Below, piece after piece: positions 47,794-57,443 of a stretch of 64,000 nucleotides of DNA. A program made the position numbers and the translations under genes. This stretch comes from a virus (lineage: Duplodnaviria > Heunggongvirae > Uroviricota > Caudoviricetes), in the IMG/VR virus record IMGVR_UViG_3300022561_001209; one strand, given 5' to 3'. Positions within the stretch are counted from its first letter, which is position 1; each line of letters opens with the position of its first letter. Under the pieces are notes generated by a model. It did no database searches. It was not told where the DNA came from and saw only the letters and a list, made by a program, of their open reading frames with translations.

Positions 47794-48441
47794 TTACATG
47801 TATTTTTCTATTGTTTCTATATCATAGGCTATTTCAGATACTTCACCATACTTATTGTCATTTAAAGATTTCTTAATTTCATCAATAAGTTTGCTGTGTA
47901 AATTTTCCATTACACTGTATTTGTTCAATATTTTAATTAAATCATTCTCTAAAGTTACCTTTTCAACTTCTTCTGTAACTTCTTCTTCAACTTCTTCCTC
48001 TGTAACTTCTTCCTCTATTTCTTCTACTTCTTTTATGTCTGTTTCAATTATTTCAGTATTTTCATTTAATTGTTTACTATTTACTTCATTTCGTATTTTA
48101 TCTATATCAAATGAATTTTTATAATTTTTTTTAATCTCTATTTTGTTATCTTTTACAAAAGATTTTATAGAACCCTTATTTCGTTCTATACCCAGTTCTT
48201 TCTTTATACCTTCAGCTAATTGTATTATTGTCATGTTTGGACCATTTTCTCTTATATATTCAGCTTCTTCTTCATCTATATGGTTTTTTACTTTCTTAAG
48301 TTCTATGTTATATCTTTTACAATTATCCCTAATTGTATGTACCTCTACTTCAAATTTATCAGACCATTCTTTTGCTGAATGTTCTGCACCTTTTTCTATT
48401 AATTCCTTTATCATATCTTCTGTCATTCTTCTTTTACCCAT
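47794..48441 (-). CDS. multi-HTH family protein, member 1 (215 aa) with acidic EEV repeat
   Basis: C-terminal LENDLIKILNKYSVMENLHSKLIDEIKK is paralogous to the ORF 48523-49452 C-terminus; the N-terminal module AKEWSDKFEVEVHTIRDNCKRYNIE is shared. Confidence 0.5.
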   Translation of the reverse strand: MGKRRMTEDMIKELIEKGAEHSAKEWSDKFEVEVHTIRDNCKRYNIELKKVKNHIDEEEAEYIRENGPNMTIIQLAEGIKKELGIERNKGSIKSFVKDNKIEIKKNYKNSFDIDKIRNEVNSKQLNENTEIIETDIKEVEEIEEEVTEEEVEEEVTEEVEKVTLENDLIKILNKYSVMENLHSKLIDEIKKSLNDNKYGEVSEIAYDIETIEKYM

Positions 48442-48522
48442 TTTTATTTTTCTCCTCTTTATTTTTATTTTTATATTTTTATATAAGGAAGAGTCTCTGC
48501 TCCCCCTTATATTTTAATCTTA

Positions 48523-49452
48523 TTATTGCATATATTTACTTACTATTTCTATCTCTTTTAATAAATTATGTACTTCCTCAAAATTAGAATTTTCTAATTC
48601 TGTAATTAAATTCTTAGATAGTTTATCTTGTAAATTGGTTAAAATACCATATTTATTCAATATATCTATTAAATCATTTTCTAATTCTTTTATTATTTTG
48701 TTATCATCCATAATAGCAACTTCTTGTAATAATTCTTTTACTTCAAAATCCTTTTTATTCTCTTTAACCTTTTTAACTTCCTTAACTTCCTTAACTTCCT
48801 TAACTTCCTTTTTCTCTTTACCTTTTTTAATTTCTAGATTTCTTCCTTCTAAAAAATTTTTAATAGTTTTATAACTTCTTTTATAACCTAAATCTTTTAA
48901 TCCCACTTCCATTTTTGAAGGTGTTAAGTTTTTATGATTTGTCAATATATATTCTATTTCTTTTTCAACTAAATCATTATTAGGCTTTTTATATTCTATA
49001 TTGTTTTCTTTACAAATTGTATAAATCGTAGTTACATCCACACCAAAGTATTCAGCCCATTCTTTAGCCGTAAAATCTTTTCCATTTTCCACTAATTCCC
49101 CAATAGCCTCAGCATTTATTTTTATATTACTTTTAGCTTCTACACATAAAACATTTAAACAGTAATCTCTTACACAAGTTGTAGACCTATCTAAATTTTT
49201 AGCCATTTCACTATAATTCATTTCTTTATAATTTTCCTTTATATAATTCTTTTCACTGTCTTTCAAATAACATAACTCTCTAAACTCTAAAGGAATTTTA
49301 GCCATTTTTATATAACTTCTTACTTTAGTATCGCTCAATTCTGACCTTGCTACTAATTCTTCAAAAGTCATCTCTCCAGACTTCACTAATTTATAATTAG
49401 CATGAATAAAATTCTCCCCACAATCTAATCTTCCACTTTCATAACTACCCAT
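48523..49452 (-). CDS. multi-HTH family protein, member 2 (309 aa) with (VKE)n repeat
   Basis: repeated about 50-aa modules (AKEWAEYFGVDVTTIYTICKENNIEY); paralogous to the ORFs at 47794-48441 and 49621-51294. Confidence 0.5.
   Translation of the reverse strand: MGSYESGRLDCGENFIHANYKLVKSGEMTFEELVARSELSDTKVRSYIKMAKIPLEFRELCYLKDSEKNYIKENYKEMNYSEMAKNLDRSTTCVRDYCLNVLCVEAKSNIKINAEAIGELVENGKDFTAKEWAEYFGVDVTTIYTICKENNIEYKKPNNDLVEKEIEYILTNHKNLTPSKMEVGLKDLGYKRSYKTIKNFLEGRNLEIKKGKEKKEVKEVKEVKEVKKVKENKKDFEVKELLQEVAIMDDNKIIKELENDLIDILNKYGILTNLQDKLSKNLITELENSNFEEVHNLLKEIEIVSKYMQ
48773..48808. repeat. in-frame 9-bp tandem repeat (TTAACTTCC)x4 encoding KEVKEVKEVKEV
   Basis: four perfect copies plus a degenerate fifth. 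Confidence 0.8.
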
Positions 49453-49514
49453 ATTAAACGTCCTCCCAATTAATATAATATAATTTTTTTATTTCTTAAC
49501 TTCTTTATATACTC

Positions 49515-49543
49515 ATTATAAACTATATTTATCGATTTGTCAA
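49515..49543 (-). promoter_or_regulatory. consensus sigma-A promoter TTGACA-17-TATAAT
   Basis: minus strand reads GTACTTGACAAATCGATAAATATAGTTTATAAT; -35 at 49538-49543, -10 at 49515-49520. Confidence 0.7.
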
Positions 49544-49620
49544 GTACATTTTAAAACTTTTTTTAAGTAATTTTAAAATTATCCTATAAATAAAATAAAA
49601 ATAACTACTTAAGTAGTTAT

Positions 49621-51294
49621 TTATTTAGTGTATGCTATTATATAAGGTTTTTCTGTGTCTATTTTCTCTATTCTATATGTTTTTATAATAGTATTTAACG
49701 TAGTTGTACCTCTCTCAAGTACTATTGACATTTGTTTTACGCTCATTATTCCATAATTTTTACGTAAATATATCAGTATTTTTATTAACTCTTCCTTTTC
49801 TATACGACCCTTAGTTTCTTTTAATATATCTATGTTATGCTTTTTACAATATGCTTTAATTGTGCCTACTTTAATTTTTAAATCTTGTGCTACCTGTTTT
49901 TCAGTCTTAATTGCTGCATTTTCTTTCATATACTTCTTCTGATAGTCAGTTAATTTTATTTTTTCTGCTCTACCACTGTCTACTTTTATCTTTATCTCAC
50001 TATTTTTTACAAGTTTATCTACATATTCTTGTATAGAGGATATTGGTACTTCGTAATTCAGTTCTAATTCTATTTGATATACTGTTTTCTCTTCTGCGTT
50101 ATTTTTTATATATTTTCTTTGTTCTTCTGTAAGTACACATCTATAATATTTAAATTTATTTCCTGTTGTATTCTCATATTCATTTAATAACAAAATTTGT
50201 ACTCCTAATTCTTCTGACATTTTACTTTTTGGCATGTGTTTAAAGTTATTTTCTATAAATTCAATTTCTTTTTCTGTTAATTCATCTTTAATATTGAATG
50301 TATACCCCAATTCTCTACATAACCTAAGTACTTGAGGTATCGAATATCCAAATATTTTTGATAATTCAAATACATCAGTTGTAGGATGTTCTTTTTTATA
50401 TTTAACCATTTTGTATCTTTTAAATGTCACAGGTCTATCTTTTATATATTGCTCTATTTCTTCAGTATCTACATCTAAATTTTTAGCCATTTCTTTTATC
50501 TCTAATTCTAAATAATTATTTTTTATGTATTCAATTATTTCACTATTCTTTTTTTTCATTTCCTCTTTATTTTTTTCATTTGATATAATGTATCTTAAAT
50601 ATTTAATATTATATTTATCACAAAAGTATCTTACATCATATGCACTAATATCAATTAATTTATTCGTTTCATTTAATTTTTCCGATAATTTTTTAGTTGT
50701 ATATTTTTCAGAATTTTCAAATATATATTCAACTTGTACAGGTGTAAATACTTTTGTTTTCCCTATGAATTTTAAATTACTATCCATACAATATTTATAT
50801 ATGTATTCACTGTCTTTTTTTAGTATTTTGCTTAGTTCCTTAATTCTCATATTTTTTGAATTTATATTTATGTAATACTTATCTTCCTTACTAAACATAT
50901 ATTCATCTAAGTTTTCCTGTATTTCTTGTGTTCCCTGTGTTTCTTTAATTCTTGTAATATCTGCCCCACTGATTTTATTTTTCTTGTGCCCTAGTCTGAT
51001 TCCACAACTTCTACAAAATTGTATAACATTAAATCTATCTAGATTTTTGTCATTAATTACTTTTTTTAAATCATCTAGTAGTTCTTCTGATTTTCTTAAG
51101 CTTCCCCATCTAAATATATAATCAATTTGTTCTTTCATAAAAACATATTCAGGTCCTCTTACTTTTATGTTATTATTCATAATATATTTACTTAATTCTT
51201 TTGTATCTATACCTAATTCAGTAGCCATATCAACTATTTTCATTTTTCTTGCGTTATTCATTATGTATTCACACTGTTTATAATCTAATTTCAT
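49621..51294 (-). CDS. multi-HTH family protein, member 3 (557 aa; about 8 tandem HTH-like modules)
   Basis: repeated modules such as ELSKYIMNNNIKVRGPEYVFMKEQIDYIF, IKELSKILKKDSEYIYKYCMDSNLKF, LSKIFGYSIPQVLRLCRELGYTF, VAQDLKIKVGTIKAYCKKHNIDI. Confidence 0.5.
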   Translation of the reverse strand: MKLDYKQCEYIMNNARKMKIVDMATELGIDTKELSKYIMNNNIKVRGPEYVFMKEQIDYIFRWGSLRKSEELLDDLKKVINDKNLDRFNVIQFCRSCGIRLGHKKNKISGADITRIKETQGTQEIQENLDEYMFSKEDKYYININSKNMRIKELSKILKKDSEYIYKYCMDSNLKFIGKTKVFTPVQVEYIFENSEKYTTKKLSEKLNETNKLIDISAYDVRYFCDKYNIKYLRYIISNEKNKEEMKKKNSEIIEYIKNNYLELEIKEMAKNLDVDTEEIEQYIKDRPVTFKRYKMVKYKKEHPTTDVFELSKIFGYSIPQVLRLCRELGYTFNIKDELTEKEIEFIENNFKHMPKSKMSEELGVQILLLNEYENTTGNKFKYYRCVLTEEQRKYIKNNAEEKTVYQIELELNYEVPISSIQEYVDKLVKNSEIKIKVDSGRAEKIKLTDYQKKYMKENAAIKTEKQVAQDLKIKVGTIKAYCKKHNIDILKETKGRIEKEELIKILIYLRKNYGIMSVKQMSIVLERGTTTLNTIIKTYRIEKIDTEKPYIIAYTK

Positions 51295-51322
51295 ATTACA
51301 CCTCTAAATTTTTTATTTAATA

Positions 51323-51351
51323 TATTATAACATAACTCATAGTTTTTGTCA
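51323..51351 (-). promoter_or_regulatory. consensus sigma-A promoter TTGACA-17-TATAAT
   Basis: minus strand reads GTTATTGACAAAAACTATGAGTTATGTTATAATAT; -35 at 51346-51351, -10 at 51323-51328. Confidence 0.7.
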
Positions 51352-51738
51352 ATAACCTTTTCTAATAATTTTTAAAATAACCTTATATCAAATTTTATAA
51401 CCTCTAAAATCAATTTAAACACACGTTTATATTAAACTAATATAAACTTACATAATACATATATTTCAATCTAAATTAACCTTTTTATCTCCCTACAATC
51501 AATATTAAATATACTTTTCTTTACTTAAACTTCTAAAAATTAAACATAAAATAACCACCATCTGTAGTGGTTATTTGCTAATTCTAAAGTATTGTTTTTC
51601 CCCATTTATACACTTCAGTCTTTGTCTTCAAATCCCTGTACATACTCATTATCTCATAAAACCTCTAGTAATTTAACTGCCTTTATTTCTGTATTGCAAC
51701 TAACAGTGCATTCTCTTATTTCTTTAAGTCAAATTCTA

Positions 51739-52092
51739 TTATCTGACTACCTCATACACCCATACACCAGACATTTCATTCACTTCGTATCTACCTGTTC
51801 GTTCAATTTCCATTATACCATCATCTATTTCGATATTAAATTGATTACAGTATAAATGTTCAGCTAATGAACATTTATATACAAAATCCTCGTCATGATA
51901 TACGTTTATAACTATGTAAGGTGCTTCATTCAATATAAAGTCACGTACTTCATCTATTGAATATTTATCTGTTGTGATTATGTTTTTCATAAACTTTCCA
52001 TCATTAAACTGTTCTTCTGCAAATATATCTTCCTCAATTAGTATCTCATTTACTATGTTATTTTCAGCTATCTTTTTACATACATTTATCAT
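51739..52092 (-). CDS. hypothetical protein
   Basis: ORF 117 aa. Confidence 0.35.
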   Translation of the reverse strand: MINVCKKIAENNIVNEILIEEDIFAEEQFNDGKFMKNIITTDKYSIDEVRDFILNEAPYIVINVYHDEDFVYKCSLAEHLYCNQFNIEIDDGIMEIERTGRYEVNEMSGVWVYEVVR

Positions 52093-52107
52093 ATCTCTCT
52101 CCTCATG

Positions 52108-52533
52108 TTATTGGTACTCTATATGTACTACCCATTTATTACTGTCATACTTAAAATTTATTGCTGTAACTTCATCTTCTATAAAGTTATCAACTATATC
52201 ATCTATGTATTTCATGTTATTATTGTAATATTTTATAAACGCTTGTAATGAATCACCAAAAACATCTTCAAAGTCTTTATCGTTATTCATTTCATTTGCT
52301 CTATTACAAACATACTTACTTAGTTCTTCCCATTCTTTGTCTGTAAAATTCCCTATACTATTTCTATGTATTGTTATTGTAAATTTAGAACGTATTTCAG
52401 CACTGTAAGGACTTCCAGGATAATCTCTTGTTTGAGGCTCTTCTGGTGATTCATAAATATCTGTTTTCTCAACTATTTCCCAAGTTCTCCAAATATTATT
52501 TAGTACACTGTCATATAATTCTTCGATATTCAT
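52108..52533 (-). CDS. hypothetical protein
   Basis: ORF 141 aa. Confidence 0.35.
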   Translation of the reverse strand: MNIEELYDSVLNNIWRTWEIVEKTDIYESPEEPQTRDYPGSPYSAEIRSKFTITIHRNSIGNFTDKEWEELSKYVCNRANEMNNDKDFEDVFGDSLQAFIKYYNNNMKYIDDIVDNFIEDEVTAINFKYDSNKWVVHIEYQ

Positions 52534-52545
52534 TTAATGTTCCTC

Positions 52546-52890
52546 CTATTTATTCGTAAATTTACATTCTTTGTATTTACAGAAATATGTCTGGTCATTC
52601 TCATTATTGAATACTTCGTATTCGTTACATTTATGTTCGGTACAGTGATATTCTACCATTTCTTCGTCTATCATCATACAGTTCTCTTCACAGTATTCCC
52701 TATCAGTTATAAACCCACACTCACTGAAACAATCAGTATCATTATATCCTTCTTCTTCCATTTGTCTGTTGTATTCTACTACACTTCCGAACTGTCTTTC
52801 AATGTCTTCTAAACTTTCATCTCTCCACATATCTATACCTCCGTAAATTATAAATATTTTTACACTCAAACCTTCTTCTAGTATTCTCAC
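52546..52890 (-). CDS. Cys/His-rich small protein
   Basis: multiple C and H clusters (CFSECGF, CEENC, HCTEHKC, CKYKEC). Confidence 0.35.
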   Translation of the reverse strand: MRILEEGLSVKIFIIYGGIDMWRDESLEDIERQFGSVVEYNRQMEEEGYNDTDCFSECGFITDREYCEENCMMIDEEMVEYHCTEHKCNEYEVFNNENDQTYFCKYKECKFTNK

Positions 52891-52950
52891 TAACTTATTA
52901 TCCTACTCAATATTGTTGTAATGAACTGCTATGTAATACAATGATTTTAT

Positions 52951-52992
52951 CTCAATTCTTAATCAAAATCCATTTAACATAGTTACTAGTAT
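52951..52992. promoter_or_regulatory. conserved intergenic motif CTCAATTCTTAATCAAAATC..ACATAGTTACTAGTAT (copy 3 of 4)
   Basis: sequence match to 16105-16133. Confidence 0.45.
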
Positions 52993-53114
52993 ATCTTTTT
53001 AAATTACGTTTTAAAATAGTTTAATACTTATTTCAAACACTGTATCATTTCTATTTAAGGTTAATTTTCTACCCATTGCATATCTGTCTTTTTCTAGCCC
53101 AATATTAACTATGT

Positions 53115-53363
53115 TTAATCTAACAATGTTATGTTCTTTTTAAAATACCCTTGTGTCTCTTCTAACATTTCATAGTCATATTCTCCGTTAAACATTAATG
53201 CTTGGTAATTCAATACATAAGCTGCTTGTGCCTTAGTACATATCTTTTTATCATATGCACATCCACTTAATGTTTCTAGTGCATTATTTCCAAATGCTTC
53301 TGTATTAGGATAATTATGTTCTGTAGCCATTTTATAAATTTGTCTAAATTCTAAAGCTTTCAT
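53115..53363 (-). CDS. hypothetical small protein
   Basis: ORF. Confidence 0.35.
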   Translation of the reverse strand: MKALEFRQIYKMATEHNYPNTEAFGNNALETLSGCAYDKKICTKAQAAYVLNYQALMFNGEYDYEMLEETQGYFKKNITLLD

Positions 53364-53372
53364 AAATACCTC

Positions 53373-53624
53373 CTATAAATTTTCTAATTTATTTCTGTAT
53401 TCTACTATCTTTATGTATGCATTTTCAATGTCACGAGCTAATGATTCGTACTCCTCATCTAATTCATAATTATTTATATTAAATTTATCAAATGCTTTTA
53501 TTGTTTCATAGTCATTAGTTATATCAGATGCATAAAACCTTAACCATGCTCGTAACTCATTATCTAGTTTATCAATTTTATTTTCGTTATCCATTAACAA
53601 TTTATTAATTAAATCCATACCCAA
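53373..53624 (-). CDS. hypothetical small protein
   Basis: ORF. Confidence 0.35.
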   Translation of the reverse strand: MGMDLINKLLMDNENKIDKLDNELRAWLRFYASDITNDYETIKAFDKFNINNYELDEEYESLARDIENAYIKIVEYRNKLENL

Positions 53625-53717
53625 TTATATCCCTCCGACTATTAAAACAGCATATTATTTATAATTGCATTATATTTACTATCTAATAAATACTAGGGAG
53701 TTTATTCTCCCTAGTAT

Positions 53718-54929
53718 TTAAATTTTTAATGTAGTATGCAATCCCCAAGGTGGTATTTGTGTTTCATTAATTACTACCCATAAAACAGGAATACCATTAG
53801 TTACTCTTTCATCAGGCCAATGTGCATACCCGTCTGTTAAAAATACTATTCCAGTTACATCTTCTCTTTCAAAGTGTTCATTAGTGTACTCGAATGGTTT
53901 ATCAAAATTTGTCCCACCACCACCTTGTGGCTTAATTTTTAATACATCAGTTACTCCCTCAAATTCTGTAGGTTCATAAGCAATACCATCGAAAAATCCT
54001 ATGTATCCAGTTAATTTATCTGCAAACTGATTAACTGCTCCCACTATCTCACTATAAAATGTATTTAATTCCTTATCTCCTATTGAACCACTAGTGTCTA
54101 CCCAAAATAACATCTTCTTAACACTTATACTTTCACCATTAAAATCAGGTAAGAAAAAATCACTTTCACTAAATCTTCTGTCTGGAGGATTAAATGAGTA
54201 GTCATCTATTTCAGGCTGAACAAACTCTGCAAGTAGACTTCTCCAATCTCTTTGAGGTTTAGTTATTTTACCCACTAATCTTTTTAAAAATGCAGGTAGT
54301 TTACCCCTACCCTCTGCCGCTTGAGCCGCACTTACTAGTCTACCACCCCAATCAGTCTCAATACCCTTACCAACTGCATCTCCCCACCTACTATGGTCAT
54401 CCAGTATTCCCAATTTAGATAATAAACTATCAGGTACTAAATCGTAAATTTCTTCAGCGCCCTTGTCTTTATATTTAATATCGTATAATATGCCTTTTGG
54501 CATTTCTAATACACTCTTTTTCTTATCTTTGTTATTTCTATTTATTGTTCTTTCTTTATCTTTATCCATATTTTCTTTGTATTGTGTCATTATATCATGT
54601 ATTGCATAATCACATGCTACATTCCATTTTTCATGTAGTCTATCACCTTTTCTAAATAAGTGTTTTAAAGCAGGGTGCATTACTTCGTGCACTATTACCC
54701 AATTTACTTCTCCCTCGCTCATGTTTTCTATGAAATAAGGATTGTAATATATTTTCTTACCGTCTGTAGCTGCTGTATTTATTGTATAATCTACTTCCAT
54801 TTCTAAACTTAAGATTAGAATTCCGAAGAATGGCATACTCATTAGCATTTGTACTCTTGCTCTAGTTACCTTATCCTTTACCTTATCTTCCCTATCTTTA
54901 CTCATTTCCTTATATATATTTAACGTCAT
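53718..54929 (-). CDS. vWA-domain protein with N-terminal putative zinc-metallopeptidase (HExxH) domain; partner of the MoxR ATPase (DUF2201-type architecture)
   Basis: HExxH in NWVIVHEVMHPALKH; C-terminal vWA with MIDAS LFWVDTSGSIGD ... FFDG ... GGGGTNF. Confidence 0.7.
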   Translation of the reverse strand: MTLNIYKEMSKDREDKVKDKVTRARVQMLMSMPFFGILILSLEMEVDYTINTAATDGKKIYYNPYFIENMSEGEVNWVIVHEVMHPALKHLFRKGDRLHEKWNVACDYAIHDIMTQYKENMDKDKERTINRNNKDKKKSVLEMPKGILYDIKYKDKGAEEIYDLVPDSLLSKLGILDDHSRWGDAVGKGIETDWGGRLVSAAQAAEGRGKLPAFLKRLVGKITKPQRDWRSLLAEFVQPEIDDYSFNPPDRRFSESDFFLPDFNGESISVKKMLFWVDTSGSIGDKELNTFYSEIVGAVNQFADKLTGYIGFFDGIAYEPTEFEGVTDVLKIKPQGGGGTNFDKPFEYTNEHFEREDVTGIVFLTDGYAHWPDERVTNGIPVLWVVINETQIPPWGLHTTLKI

Positions 54930-55044
54930 AAACTACACCTAAACCCTTTCATTTCAATTTTAATAAACATTTATAATAGAATATATATAGATATATACTC
55001 ATATATATCCTATTAATCCCTTAAAACTCATTTAAATCCCTGTA

Positions 55045-56115
55045 TTACATTATAAATCCTCTGTATTTCTTAATACCTTGTATCCATTCAGGCATTACCT
55101 GTATTTTCTTTCTTAAACTTTCTATTACTGCAATATCTCTTATAGTTAATGTAGCAAACTCTGCAGGCATTTCCAATATAAAGTTTATTATATTTTTAAG
55201 TTCAGTTTCTTTAGCTTTCTGTACATTTGCAGATAATGTTGAAGATAAAGCATATAGTATACTAGGCTCACTAGGCATTTCTACCTTTTTCCCGTCCATT
55301 ATATCTTTAATACTAGGTAACTTATCATATACCTTAGTATAAGCTCTAAACTCTGTAGCCGCCCCTAATCCTATAGAACCTGCTATTAATGGGAATGCTT
55401 TTTCTATACTTCCTATTTGTTTTATATATGTATCGACCATTTCCCAACTTCTTGGTGTTGGATAAGCTACGTCATCATTACTAGGGTCAAATTGAAATAG
55501 TGAACTATTCTTAAAGTTTACATAACCTATAATTGTACTATCTATTCCATGAGGTATTGCCCATTTCTTCCAGTCATCGACATCGCATACCATTTCAATA
55601 TGTGTCATTCTATTCGCAAGTGCCTTAGGCATTTTATAGCTTACACTCTTATCTGTAACTCTATTTCCTGCCGCAACTACTATACAGTTATCAGGTAATT
55701 TATGTTCCCCTATTATCCTATCTAGTGTAATCTGATATGCTGCCGCTTGAACACTTAATGGAGCTGCACTTATTTCATCTAATATTAATATGTTTATAAC
55801 ATCTTCACTTGAGTTCATTTGAAATATTTGAGGTTTTAACCAAATAGCCAATTCTTTTTTAGCATCTGCTACAGGTATTCCTCGTAAATCAACAGGATTA
55901 AATAATAGTAATCTAACATCTGTAATAACTACATTTTTTCTAGCTAAATTTTCTAATTTTATAGCTATCTCTCTAAAACTTTGTGATTTACCAATTCCTG
56001 GAGGTCCCCATATCATTAAACTTGGTACTTTTTTAGGACTTGTCTTTGCGTACAAAGGAGTCATCAAATCTACCATATCGTTAATATTCATTTGCATTAT
56101 GTTCATATTTGCCAT
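55045..56115 (-). CDS. MoxR-family AAA+ ATPase (AAA_5; CbbQ/NorQ-like)
   Basis: Walker A IWGPPGIGKSQ, Walker B ILILDEIS, sensor VVAAGNR; 356 aa single AAA module with C-terminal helical domain. Confidence 0.8.
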   Translation of the reverse strand: MANMNIMQMNINDMVDLMTPLYAKTSPKKVPSLMIWGPPGIGKSQSFREIAIKLENLARKNVVITDVRLLLFNPVDLRGIPVADAKKELAIWLKPQIFQMNSSEDVINILILDEISAAPLSVQAAAYQITLDRIIGEHKLPDNCIVVAAGNRVTDKSVSYKMPKALANRMTHIEMVCDVDDWKKWAIPHGIDSTIIGYVNFKNSSLFQFDPSNDDVAYPTPRSWEMVDTYIKQIGSIEKAFPLIAGSIGLGAATEFRAYTKVYDKLPSIKDIMDGKKVEMPSEPSILYALSSTLSANVQKAKETELKNIINFILEMPAEFATLTIRDIAVIESLRKKIQVMPEWIQGIKKYRGFIM

Positions 56116-56154
56116 TTAAAATTCCTCTTTTCTCTTATTTTTAATTATATACAC

Positions 56155-56183
56155 ATCATATACTATAATTCATAAAAAGTCAA
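56155..56183 (-). promoter_or_regulatory. sigma-A-type promoter TTGACT-17-TATGAT with UP element, upstream of the MoxR/vWA pair
   Basis: minus strand reads GTATTGACTTTTTATGAATTATAGTATATGAT; -35 at 56178-56183. Confidence 0.55.
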
Positions 56184-56254
56184 TACTTTTTTATAACTTT
56201 TTTTAATAATTTTAAAATTAATAATATACTGTATTTTTACAGTATTTTATGTAC

Positions 56255-57064
56255 TTAACTAGCTAATTTAGCCATCATTAAACAAGCTTCTATGTTATCT
56301 TTCTGTCCCTCTGTCAAATTAAATTCGTATAAATCATCTATAAATTTGTCTACAGAAATTTCAGTATTGTTTTTTATTGTTTTATTAGTTATCTTATCTG
56401 TCAATCTTTTTATATATGTATATTCCACATATCTTTTCATTGCTATACAATTATTATATAGTTCTCTAACCCCTTTTCTATTAGATAGTATATATCCCTT
56501 ATATTTATCATAAATCTCTTTTAGTTCATTGTTATTAAATATTGTACTTTCACCGTGATAACTTATTAATCTTTCTACAACCATATAATTACTCATAATT
56601 GCTTCAAATAAATCTTTTCTCTGTTCTCTACTATCTATTTTGTTATATATTTTACTTATTTCATTACTTATAGAATTACTCAAATAGTTTTCCTTTTTCA
56701 AATGCTCAATAGTATACAATAAACAATATCTATCAGCTACAACTTTCCTTAAGTAGTTACTATCATGTTCTATCAATATATCTAATAATTCTTCTTTCTC
56801 TCTTATATTAGTGCATTTAGAAAGTAAGTACCTATTTATTTCATCATCATCTTTTTTAACTAACTGTATTAATTTATCTTTATCTTCGCAATCTATTGTT
56901 CCGGTTTTATGTAATTCTTCGTTTATCAATAAATCTACTGCGTATTTAGATTTATATATTTCTGACTTACTAATTTCTTGGTATACTTCTTCAAATGATA
57001 CCTCATTATTTCTAAATTTGTTTATTAAATCTATAATGTTAAATTTTACTTTTTTACGTGTCAT
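56255..57064 (-). CDS. paralog family A, member 1 (269 aa), unknown function
   Basis: shares the N-terminal NEVSFEEVYQEI block, central E(L)KEIYDKYK block and C-terminal Y(I)(Y/K)RL(T/V)DKI block with four downstream paralogs. Confidence 0.5.
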   Translation of the reverse strand: MTRKKVKFNIIDLINKFRNNEVSFEEVYQEISKSEIYKSKYAVDLLINEELHKTGTIDCEDKDKLIQLVKKDDDEINRYLLSKCTNIREKEELLDILIEHDSNYLRKVVADRYCLLYTIEHLKKENYLSNSISNEISKIYNKIDSREQRKDLFEAIMSNYMVVERLISYHGESTIFNNNELKEIYDKYKGYILSNRKGVRELYNNCIAMKRYVEYTYIKRLTDKITNKTIKNNTEISVDKFIDDLYEFNLTEGQKDNIEACLMMAKLAS

Positions 57065-57099
57065 AATTTAATTCTCCTTTATCATATTTATTCATATCT

Positions 57100-57128
57100 A
57101 TTATACCATAACACTAAAAAAATGTCAA
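57100..57128 (-). promoter_or_regulatory. consensus sigma-A promoter TTGACA-17-TATAAT (TGG-extended) with UP element
   Basis: minus strand reads GTATTGACATTTTTTTAGTGTTATGGTATAATAGA; -35 at 57123-57128, -10 at 57100-57105. Confidence 0.7.
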
Positions 57129-57443
57129 TACTTTTTACAAACCTTTTTTAATAATTTTATAAATATTGATTTTAACATTAAATTACATAAAAATAGGTGC
57201 TACTTTTTAGTAACCCCTATTCTGCAAGTTTGTTTATAATTAACAAAGCTTCTAATTCATCTTTTGTATTTTCATTTTTCGTAAAGAACTCTTTTATTTC
57301 TTCACTATCTAACAATGTTTCAGTTAGTTCTACATTCTCTTTGTCTTTTGCTATCTTAATTAGTTTTATCAATATATCTCTATGAGAATTACAGTAATTT
57401 AGTTGTGCTTTAGATAATTCCTTAAACAAATTACTTACCTCCC

